A stretch of DNA of 64,000 bases from Lingula anatina. Taxonomy: Eukaryota > Animalia > Brachiopoda. This document shows, one piece after another, positions 23,559 to 34,663 of the stretch (within the stretch, counting starts at the first letter, position 1; every line of letters begins with the position of its first letter). Position numbers and translations under genes: made by a program. The stretch spans positions 58,692,788 to 58,756,787 of the forward strand of contig CM120640.1 in assembly GCA_051362555.1 (NCBI GenBank), in the 5' to 3' direction. A model generated the notes under the pieces. The model saw only the letters and a program-made list of their open reading frames with translations, had not been told where the DNA came from and searched no databases.

Positions 23559-26500
23559 TTAGGATTTGTATCCAAACTCCTTTGCATCATCCTCTGTGAA
23601 ATCTCCATAACGCCACAGATTAACCTGAAAAAAAAAAAAAAAAAACAATATTACTAGCAATTTGCTGAATAGGTTTAGCTAGACATTTTATTTGTGGTAT
23701 AACTTTCTCCATACAAATGCCAATGGTTAACACGAGATGTACCTAAAGAAAAAGACTGAAGTACACAATGTATGAAATGTTGTTAACACTAATTTTATGT
23801 CAATTAAACCTTACATTTAGACTGTATGCTGTCCCAGTTTTCATTAATTACTGAGTGAAATACAATTAATGCAATAGTACTGTTAGTACTGTTACAAATA
23901 AAACTCATCAAAATTACTTTTTATTCAAAATCCTACCAAAAATGTTTATCTAAGAATCTAATTATATAAACATTGGTCAACTTATGACCAAAAGCTTAGG
24001 AGAATAAAACAATCTGGCTGTAATCTTACCCTTGAAGCCTTAGCCTTCTCCTGGGCTTTTTTGTAGTCATCCAGCAATTTTTGCAATCTCTTCTCCCTTC
24101 TTCCCTCCACAATAAGAAGACCCTCTGAGATCAACCCCAGGGCCACGTCATCCTTGTTGTCAGTGTAAGCCAGGGAAACGTAGTCGAAACCCTGACCACG
24201 ATATTCTACATTGAGGAGCATCTGCTTGTTCAAGATGTCATTATACAATGCATCAGAGGCATCCTTCTTGGCATCTTCCTGCAAAAAAAAAAGAAGAAAA
24301 TGACTTTGTTAAAATGTTAGCATGATAGCTGATGTGTCTTATTAGTTCAAAAACTGAAGAAACTGAGGAAAAATTTGATATCGTGACCTGAAATGACTTA
24401 ATATGTTTGATCCAGATTCTATTGACTATTTCCAGCCTAACAGTATTTCTTTGTTTTATCTATTACTTTTGAAATAAAACCCTGCAAAGAAAATGAAACG
24501 ATGTTTACATTTCTATTGGTAACATCCATGAGTTTTAAATAACAAATAATGATTCATAAAATTAGACTTTTTTCCTTGAGGCTAAAATGGTGGTTTTCAA
24601 GCTAAGATTTTTTTTCTATCCCTGAACTGCCTCTAATGCATTCATCTGAGCCGAGTTCAATTTTGTGTGTGATTGTTCAATTTGGCTAAAAGATATCATA
24701 TGTAACTCCCAAGAGACCAAATGAAAAGAAATGTATCATACACTTCAAGGCAAGTAAGGGGAAAGAATTGCCAGGTTCAGTCAGTACTACATCAGCTGTA
24801 AAATGTCTATCATAGAGAAATAAGATGATTGGCAAAATAAAAATATAAATTCATATAACACAAAAAATTGCTTTTGTACTACACAACCAAATTACCCATT
24901 TTATTGTAAATGGACGTAGATAAAGTGAAAGATGACACCAAATGACATTTAACCAATATTTTTTCTTCTCTTGAGTGCCCAAACTTGACATTATAACTAA
25001 ATTAAAAACTGCGAAACAGACCCACTGAGAATTTTTTCATGCCTCTCCCTCCTACAAGTGTATAATTTCTGCAGTGCTGAATTATCTAATTTGACATGAA
25101 CTGAATAATGACCACTTCATCTGCTAAGTTAAAATCCCCAAATGGTGCAAAATACCCCTGAGGATGTAACTTATCATGGCTGATATATTCAAGCAATAAA
25201 GCAACCACAGGAAACATGGAATCAAACCAGTGCAATGTCTGTGTGGAAAATGCACCTAAATAGTTGTGAAAAGCTATCACTTAGAACAGATGAAACCAAG
25301 TCACTTGTGGCCAAAAATGTGAATGAAAATGTGCATCATATTCAATAACATGTCTGCTTCAGTAAATGCAACAGTACGTTTTCAGACTGTTTGCTAAAGC
25401 AAGAATTTAAGTTTTAAAGAGCCACATTTACAAAGCTACCAAGGCACTGACAACCTGCCTTTCATATTTCAAGAAAACTTAAAAGAGGCAATAAGGTTAC
25501 ATACTTAACAGGACCCTTTATTAACAAAAATGTTTCTTCATGTTTTATAAATCATTGTTTGATGTAGGAAATTTTTGATGAAATCATCTAAGGGCCAGTT
25601 GTAATATTCTCTCGCAAGAGTGTGTGTGCATGTTTGCGCAAATTATAAAAATAAGAAAAAAACATAAAACACAAACATACCATTATTGGCCATTTCTCCA
25701 CATCTCAACACTCTTTTTTCCTTGACCCAACTCTTAGACCCCATTTCCAGAGATTAGATCGATCTACTTTAGATCGACCTAACTCCCTGGGGGTTCATGC
25801 TAAATAGCTGTCAGCCGAGCGGACACGAAAGTTAATTACCCCCTTACAGCTTGTAGTAGGCGGGACGGACATTTAAGCCGGATTATCTGACAGTAATCTA
25901 GTGAGACTCCCCGCGGGGATAGATCGATCTAAAAGCTCTGGGAATACAGCCTTAGGTTGCATTCCCAGAGATTTAGATCGACCGAACTCCCTGGGGGTTC
26001 ACGCTAAATTGCAGTCAGCCGAGCGCGCACCATAGTTAATTACCCCCTGACAGCTTTTAGTAGGCGGGACAGACGCATAAGACAGCTAAGCTGACAGTAA
26101 TCTAGTGAGACTCCCCACAGGATAGATCGATCTAAAATCTATGGAAATGGGGTCTTATTCACAATCTCTTTCTTTTTCTTCATTCAACTCATATACTTAC
26201 ATCTTCAGGCACAGCTACCAGGGCCAAGGCATATTCCTTGGCTTGGGGTTGGAGGCCATGGAAGGTAGGGGTCAGGACAGCTAATCTTGTAGGGGAAAGT
26301 GCTTCTCTCTGTAATTAAAACATGTCTTCATTTATTGGTTGACTGATGTAATGTCATTTATTCTGTATGGACGTTGTTTCAGTTCCACATGCTTACAACT
26401 TTGTTATTCCTAAACTGTTTGTTAAATGAGAATTAATTTATCTGAGCTGTAAGGAGTGTTTATTATGATTTCAACTGTCAAACTGCTAGGATTGTGTGTT

Positions 26501-27172
26501 TGTGCCAGTTAGTTGCATCACAATTCCAAATAAACAATCTTGTGCAAAACCGAGTAAACACAGTCAATAATGAAATGACAGAGTAAATATAAATGATCAA
26601 AGTTCTGAAATTGTGTAATATGCTTACATTGCCATAATCCATGTAAAATACGTGTACATTGTTCTTGTCAACTTTCTCTACTTTAGCTCTGTACCTGTAA
26701 GAAAAAGTGAAGGATGATTTCTCAAAAAAAAATTGAATTGAAAATGAAATTTATGTTCCACCATCTTAAGTAATTTCGATTGCACTTGGTGTTCACCACA
26801 AAGCTGAAAAAGTAGACTATTAAAACTTAAAAACTGTTTAAACTAAAAATGAGACCATGCCTGTTCTAAGCTCTATAACTCCAATTATAGTACTATTCCT
26901 TAAAGCCCTATTAAGAGATAAAGTTAACTGAGACAACTTACCATTCTCCATCTACAAACTTAGCCGCACACAGGTCTCCCTTCTTGGGAGTGTAGGAGCC
27001 GGGGAGTGGTGGGTTGGTCTCCATGTCTTGTCTCAACTGTTCCATCAGTTTTTCTAGCTTGGGTCCTGTAGAGATCATGAAACAAACTCTAATCTCCAGA
27101 ATGGCTCTAGCATAAACATAGGCCCACATTAACATTCTTTTGGTTACTACATTTACTCCTACCTTATAGGAG

Positions 27173-27227
<55 letters not shown>

Positions 27228-30200
27228 TTAAAAAAAAAAAAGGCCTCACTCAGGTCCTCAGCATGTAAAACTTCAATTTGTTACTAACAAAAAAAATTAA
27301 ATAATTTGTATTTTGTATATGTGTATTTCCAAAAACTTAAATCTTAAATTACATATTTTACTATGTAACTCATTTTTTATTTAGAAACTAACTACCACAC
27401 TGATAGTAGCTAACCAGAAACATAACCCATAAGAGTAATATTCAACACCTTCTTTATTAATAACTCACCATTTTCCACATCCTGTGCATAGAAATGCATA
27501 TCTTCTCTGACCTCTGTGACCACAACTGTTTTATGATTGACAGCTCTCTCCTGAGGACCTTCATCAATTTCTTCTACAGGCTTCTCTTCCACAAAATTAG
27601 CCCAGACCTAATAGTTATTTATATCAATATATATATTTAGTGTACAAAACACAGACACATGCTTAGATAAGTTTGGTCATCTTTTCAGTACAATATACGG
27701 CAAAAGAATTGTCAGAATGCATACACGGAACATGGACAGTAAAACTAAACAATTTGCACCTCTTAATTTCCTTTTAGCCATTATCTCACAAAACAAGTGC
27801 TATGATATGAAATCTTAACAGGAATTCAATTACCTTCATCTGAAGGTCTTTTCTAATTTGTACAAAATAATCGCTTAATATCTGTCCAATTTCCTTAATG
27901 TACTTCATTAATTCAGGTGAATAAAATGGGACTTATTACATTTTTCTTCAACTCCTTTGCCCTTTCCTCAGCTGTTGACAAGGCTTTGTAGAAGTTACTC
28001 CTCTCTGCAGTGAAGTGCATCTTTGACAGGCCTTCCTCTACAAGTGATATGGAGTGATTGACACCATCCACAAACATCCAGCCAATGAAGTTCCCTCCCT
28101 TGTCAATGGATTCTACCTCTACCTCAACCTTTAAGAAAAACCAAAATAGGAAAAATGATATGCATTCTAATTCAGTCCAAAATTTCACTTATTGCATTCT
28201 ATTGTGGATAAATCACAGTTTAAATTTCACACTGTCAAGAATAATGAGCCAATTAAGATAAAACAAATGCCAATGCATTTCAAAGACAAGTTATCTGGAT
28301 GCACAATTACGTCAAAAGACTTCCTGTAAACAACCAGGTTTCCCTTGGGGGAACTTCAAAAAAGGTGAATCAGGAACACAACTGACACAAACATGGCACA
28401 AAGTGAAATACAACTTGACTCAAAATTGGTACTTTGATAAGCAAATGACTGCCACATTCTTCTCAAAGACATGCATGAGTAAGAAAAATCATAATCATGA
28501 TCTATGCCACATAACTTTCCTTCTAAAAGAAATATGATCCTTTGAACAGTTTTTAGTTTTTTTAATTACTGACATATGTTTTGGGATAATGATAATTTCT
28601 GTAGACAGTATACACACCTCTCTTTGCAGACAAGCTTCCTTAGTAAACACCATGGCCTCCTCACCACATGGGTCTCCTGGAACTGTGGTGTTATTGGGAC
28701 CTGGGCGACTGCCACGGGGACAATCAATACCTGGAATGTCAAAGGATACATTCTTTTTAATGTTAATCTAAAACAACCTCCTGTATATCACCCTTAGGTA
28801 ATTTATATTCACGTTTTGCATGCTAGGAGAGGTAAAGAAGAATGCATTGTGTGTGTGTGTGTGTGTGTGTGCGTGTGTGTGTGTGTGTTAGTATTTACTT
28901 GGTTGGCTGGATTTTTGAATGGCGTTAAAAGAAAATTTCATGTTATTGTTAATATTTTAAGCAAATTTATGTCTAGTATCATTAATATAAAATAAAGCAT
29001 CACCTGCAAGCAAGAATGTAATGAGGCAAGTCTCCCTAGGAATAAACAACCTGAGCCTGGAACCACTTGCAACAAACTCCACAATGGCCTCAGACTTTCC
29101 TGCTCTTTGCAAGAATGGCAGGAACTGCTTGGCCTTATTCACATCCTGTATAATTACAAACATCAAATAAAAAGTCTCACGAACAATTTTGATACAAACT
29201 ATACAGTTAAGCATAAATGCACCACGAAAATCACTTTTAATTCTTCACTTTATAAACAATATAAATTATATGAGCACATCTTAGACACATTCACATTTTC
29301 AAAGCTACAAATTCCAATTTTTAAAATGAGCAATAGTTTTTACCTAACTTACTTCATAAACTTTTCCAGTTTTGAAAAGAAGATTTATAGATGTTCAACT
29401 TACTCCTGATATATCTGCAACTCTGTGAATTGGTGGCTCTTTCTTGCTGTGGATACCCACTCCTTTCTTTTCTGCCCTGGCTTCTGCAGCCAGCAGCTCA
29501 TCATAATGGGCAGACCTCTGGTCATCATCCTGTCTGTACCTGATAACTGAGGCTAAACCTTTGCTGATCAGCGCCTCAGCAACATTACTGGGGAAAAAAG
29601 GAATAGATTTAAATCTGATAGCTGGAGAGAATGTTTTCAAAGTAAATTTATTCTCTTTTCTGGTTATAAATTGTTTTTGTTTGTTTGTGTGTTTGTTTGT
29701 TTGTTTGTTTGTTTGTTTGTTTGTTTCATTCTTCAAAACTTATAGACCTTTATAGTGGAAGAGAAAATTACCTTTGCAGGAATGTGAATCAAAATAAGTC
29801 TGTAGTATTGTTCATATTCACAATTAACACATTGAAATTATTTTTTACTTGTATTGTACATTTGATTAAAAATGCTTACATTCCACCAATGGTGATAGTA
29901 CAGCATGTCTTCTCAGGGAAGTTGTTGGCAGGAGGTTGAATGTAATCAATCTGGACATTTACCTTAAAATTAAACATACATTTACCCTAATGTTAATTTT
30001 TCAAACCATGATTAAATAAATAACTCTAACCATGATCAAATAAATAACTCTACACTTCACAAAATAAGTTTTGAATTATTTAATCATACTATAAATCAAA
30101 CCTCAAAATTAACAGAAATCAAAGCTAAATAATAACTTTGGTGTGGATGCATACCTTCTTTCCAACCAATTTCTTTCTCAAAAACTCTCTTGCTTCAAAC

Positions 30201-33200
30201 ATATATGGGATGTCATAGAGAGGTCTGGATCGTTTTTTGGGCTCATCTTTTTTGGGCTCATCAGCATCGGTAATTGGTGCAGGTCTGCAAAAATAAATTG
30301 TCACAAGTTCTTTTTTTACCAAAAACAATCACTAATTAAAATGCTTCCATTTCTCTTTCTTAATTTTCCCTCAATCCAACTTAAGTCTTTTACTCCTCAA
30401 TGAAAAAGTTTCCATAAGCAACTGTCTACTGACTGTCTTGTGCCAAATATACAATTGCCAGGCAGTACCTGGGTGGTCTAACACTTGAAAGGAAACATTT
30501 CTTGTACTGGTTTTCTCCTATTTTCACCATCAAAGAGTCACCATTGACCACTTCAACCACCTGAAAAGAAAACAACATAAGTGTAGATAATGGAAAATGT
30601 CAGCACCTGCTGCTACCATTAACATTTTCACTTGCACTATTTTCTAATATGATGAGCTCAAAACATTCTACATTAGACACATTAAAAGTTGCAGAAATGT
30701 ATACATTTTGCATGTTTTTGTTATATTTTAACAAATAAAAAAAAACAACTTAATAATTGTTACTCTTAATTACTTGTTTACTCTTTTGGTTGCTACACAA
30801 ATCTTAAATCTTTTTATATATTTGGTATTCAATCTACAAGGAAAAAATCTGGATGGTTTTCCAGACAATATGTACCTTTCCAGAGAAGTTCTTGTCCTTC
30901 AATTCAACAGTTGGGGTACTTGGTGTAAAATCTTTCCAAATGCGAAGTCTTTTCTCCTTTGCAAATCTTTAAAAATATAACAGGATATTGTACTGTATGA
31001 TGGAGACAGTTCAGATTAATCATAGTAAAAGAGAATTATCACTTTGGATGTGTATAGACCTTTTTCAGTTGTTGTTGTTGTTGTAGTTGATAAACCATAA
31101 AAGCTTCTCTGTGATATGCATTTTACATTGACTGCCAAATAGCTGTAAAAAGGAAAGAAATCCTCTTCAAGCGTACTTTTTCCTTACTTAAATATCTTGA
31201 AGAATAAAGAAAACTACATGCATAATGCAATTATTCCACATAAAAAGAGGAGTAAGGCTCCTTACTTCTCTGCTGTTCTGAGTTTGTCTGCACCCTGAGA
31301 CACACTTCCCATGCTCCAGTCTACACAGCGAGCAAAACCTTCACGCAAGAGAAGCTCCGCAATATTACCTTTCTGTAATTTGTTGTAATTTGATAATTAA
31401 AATTATTTAAAACACTTGCATAAGAAATATTGTACAAAATGTCAAAGAAATTCCAACAAAAACAGTCAATCAACAAAACACATTTTAAAGAGAAAAAAGA
31501 AATGAACTTTCATAAAAAATGTTACTTACTGGATGAAGGACAGATCCAAGAAGGTTATTATTAGACACTCCTTCCAGGATGATCTCTACTTCTCTCTGCA
31601 GAAGTCGAGATTCGGTGAAAAATTTGGCCTCTTCAGCATATGGTTCAGGTTTTGGTGTGGTCCCTTCCAATTTGAACATAGGGCACTAAAAGATATTAAT
31701 ATACTTAAATTCAGTAAATATTTTTTTTCTGAAAGTAGAACCTGAAATTATTTTTGATGGAACTGTATTTTAAACTACAAAGAACATTACCAGAAAAATT
31801 CAAAATATATTTTTGTTCCTATTCCCCTTTTACAGCATCAATAAAAACATTTATTTCTTTATTATCTGTGGAAAAATCCCTTTTTATGGATTTATAGTAG
31901 GATACCTTAATTCCAGACAACATGACAGTCACATAGTCAAAGTTTGGAAGAAGGAATGCTCGCACTGTGCACCCATCTCTCACATGTTCTATGACAGCTA
32001 CAACAGAAAAATATTAGCATGTATAAAGAACATAAGAAAATGATTCATGTATAAAATGTGCATAATCTTCTTATGAATAAAGATATATTAAACATATCCA
32101 AGTGCACAGAATGTTAAGTACACTAAGACACAGAATGTGTAAAACCCCCAATGTATGAATTTTGCAGACTGTCACAATAGGGTCATTATCCAGTGCTGAT
32201 AAAATCTTAGATTTCAAATCTAGAAACCAAGATAAAACTTACATAATATGGGGGAGATAAGAGACAGTCAGGAGGTACTCCTCTCATCATCCCTAATTGG
32301 AATATGTATTTATGCTACCCAACCAGAAATAACTTAACAAAGGCCAATTATCACTGAACACTATCTTATCATCTTTATTTCCTTACCACTGACGGGTTTT
32401 CCATGATGAGAATCAACAAAGTTCCTAGGGTTTTCAATGGTCCATGTTATATTCCTGATGTGCTCTCCTGGTTGATACTGGCCCCATTTACCCTTACCGG
32501 CCCCCTTGGCTGTATCTTCAAGCTGGATCAACTTCTGCTGGTTTTCACTGCACATGGTAAAAGATAAGTACAGAAAATTAGAAAGAGCAAAATAAATGTG
32601 CAGTGTATAAAAAATGAGCACGCTTGATGTTAGGAGTTTTATTTTTTTCTAAAATGCAATCTCATTACTTGGAAACAGAAAATCAAACCTTTCATGACAA
32701 AACTAGTCCGGTGAGCATAAAACATCTGAACATCTTATATTCAGGGCATATTATTTGTAAATCTACTTACTCTGTAGCTTTAATGCCTCCTCTCCGCACC
32801 TCAACTAATCCCTCTGCCACAAGAATTTCTGTGACATTTTCTGCAGAAGTGTCTGAAAAAAAAATTTATCATATGTTCATATTTAATACACTAGTGCAGC
32901 ATAAAACGTATACACATAATACTAAGATGCATGTCTTGCTACTGAACTGTTAGCTTATTCACTGAATGCTTTTTAAGATATATGCATGAATAAAATCACT
33001 ATGTTACCTTTTCCAAGATAAACACATCCATACTCTCTGCCAGAGCCTGGGACTTTATACTCCACTGTGAAAGCTACTTCTTTACCAATTAACTTCTTTC
33101 TCAAAAATTCTCTAGCCTCCCATGCAAAGGCCTGAAAATAATAACAAACTGTGTTACTTCCAAAGCTGTAATTAATTCTCGGCGCTGCCAGTAATCACGC

Positions 33201-34216
33201 TGCGGGTTATCCAGGGCACAGACCATGATCACAAGATACCGAAAATAGATTTTTAGATTTTTAGAAAATAGATTTTCCATGTGAACACAGCCTAAGCACC
33301 AGGCGAGTTCTTATAGTGTTGTCCTTAAACTAATTAAACTGAGACAGCAGGCTAATACTTCTTTCAAGCCACCACAATTAATTATCAAAAATAAATAAAG
33401 TGATCACCTCATCTTTAGTTTCTGTAGAGCCCTCTAAGTTTGGGTTGGCTCTCCTTGCTAGTCTTGGTGCTGTAACATTTGAGAGGCAGATGGTCCTCTC
33501 AGGAGGTGGGCCTCCTCTAGGCTGTCCTCTGATGACAATTGCATCACCAGAAAGAATCTAAATGAAATATAGTAAGTTGACTAAATATAAACATATAGCA
33601 AATATCTAGATGAAATTAACAGGAAATCAGTTAAGGAAGGATCCTTTTATGAGTAGATTTAATTCATTTCCATCTACAAATTACAATATCTATAATGATA
33701 ATATTCAACTACCAACTTAAATAAACTGAAAAAAAAACGAATAAGTAGCATCAACAGCTCATCTTTCAATTTGCTTTATGATAACACATTACTTAAATTC
33801 AGTTTTAAAAAATCAACCAAGTGTTGAAAACTAATTTCTGGTCTATCATATGTTGATCAATTTTCGGATCTATGAATCCATGTACAATCTCTTTGAAAAT
33901 GGAACATATCACTTAAGTCCTACTAATCATAAACACAATAAATACAGAGAATAAAAACCACATAATTTTGTTTAAAAGTTATTCTACTTCAAAAATTTAA
34001 TATGCCACATGGGCAAAAACTCCTGACCTATTTTGGGGAGCAACAGATTGTACAAATTCGGCTTCAAGTTTTTGACAAAGTACGAAAACAAGTACCACTG
34101 AATTTTCACATAGCAAAGCTATAACTATTCTACCTCAAATTTAACTTCTTTTTTAAAAATCAGTGTACCTGTTTTACAATTCCACGTTGAACAGCCGGTT
34201 GTGGTGTGGTACTCAT
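23559..34216 (-). CDS. SND1: Staphylococcal nuclease and Tudor domain-containing protein 1 (Tudor-SN), complete, 22 coding exons, 898 aa
   Basis: Exons (minus, 5'->3'): 34169-34216, 33408-33557, 33008-33131, 32771-32852, 32387-32547, 31906-31997, 31530-31685, 31266-31372, 30876-30966, 30469-30560, 30155-30284, 29880-29962, 29404-29587, 29004-29145, 28618-28730, 27940-28128, 27469-27607, 26942-27065, 26628-26694, 26201-26308, 24030-24278, 23559-23624. All GT-AG, phases consistent, sum 2697 nt. Motifs [23 protein letters not shown], Tudor [11 protein letters not shown]…FYMDYGN, C-terminal NLWRYGDF. Confidence 0.97.
25737..25951. mobile_element. Family A MITE, first unit of a tandem dimer in an SND1 intron
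   Basis: TTA|GACCCCATTTCCAGAGATTAGATCGATC…GATCGATCTAAAAGCTCTGGGAATACAGCC|TTA; reverse complement of 18495..18708. Confidence 0.88.
25955..26154. mobile_element. Family A MITE, second (more diverged) unit of the tandem dimer
   Basis: TTA|GGTTGCATTCCCAGAG…GATCGATCTAAAATCTATGGAAATGGGGTC|TTA; same orientation as unit 1. Confidence 0.85.
27176..27227. repeat. (TAA)n microsatellite in an SND1 intron
   Basis: Direct read; source of the poly-Tyr in ORF 26938..27249. Also (GT)n at ~28848-28888 and (TTTG)n at ~29675-29726. Confidence 0.95.
33166..33292 (-). mobile_element. Truncated family C MITE in SND1 intron 2
   Basis: Ends …GATTTTCCATGTGAACACAGCC|TAA; reverse complement of 9299..9420. Confidence 0.75.
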
Positions 34217-34663
34217 CTTCACTGTGTTGATGATCGGAGGCGAAAGGGGAAGTGACTGATCACGTGGCCAACAAGTTCCGGTATTAATATCCGTACAAAT
34301 ATTCAACTTGAGAGATGCTTCTCTGCCTTCGAACAATCAAAATAGATACTTTTATTGAAAAAATATGTGATTCAATTCCAAGAAAAAGTTATTTGAAACG
34401 AACATTCAAAATGTAACGTTATACTACTTGATGATGTGGCAACATTCGACGACGTACACATGGCCAATAGGCCCGCAGTTGTAGTTATCGAAGGATCTTG
34501 TGAGAGTAACTTGCTTTAAATGCGAATAAAAATTAATCAGATGAACTCAAGTTTTTTTTTCTTTAAAAGTTTGACCCTATTCCATTGTAATAAAACTCTT
34601 GTAAATTGTGATATTTATTTTTATAAATCATAGTGACACAGTGCGAAGCATGTGTGTTTGAAA
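34217..34663. promoter_or_regulatory. Bidirectional promoter region SND1/TMEM216
   Basis: 447 bp between divergent ATGs, locally CpG-rich. E-box CACGTG (~34261), ETS-like TTCCGG (~34275) and YY1-type AAAATGGCGG over the TMEM216 start. Confidence 0.7.

Noticed and set aside
26938-27249. Poly-Tyr protein ORF
   Set aside because: Intronic (TAA)n read in frame with SND1 exon 18; only 26942-27065 is coding.
31686-31905. SND1 intron with donor GTATCCTAC as a possible U12 intron
   Set aside because: Mismatch at +8/+9 and no CCTTRAC branch near the acceptor; treated as U2.
34420-34640. X-box in the TMEM216 promoter
   Set aside because: Only half-sites (tggcaac, catagtgac); too weak to call.
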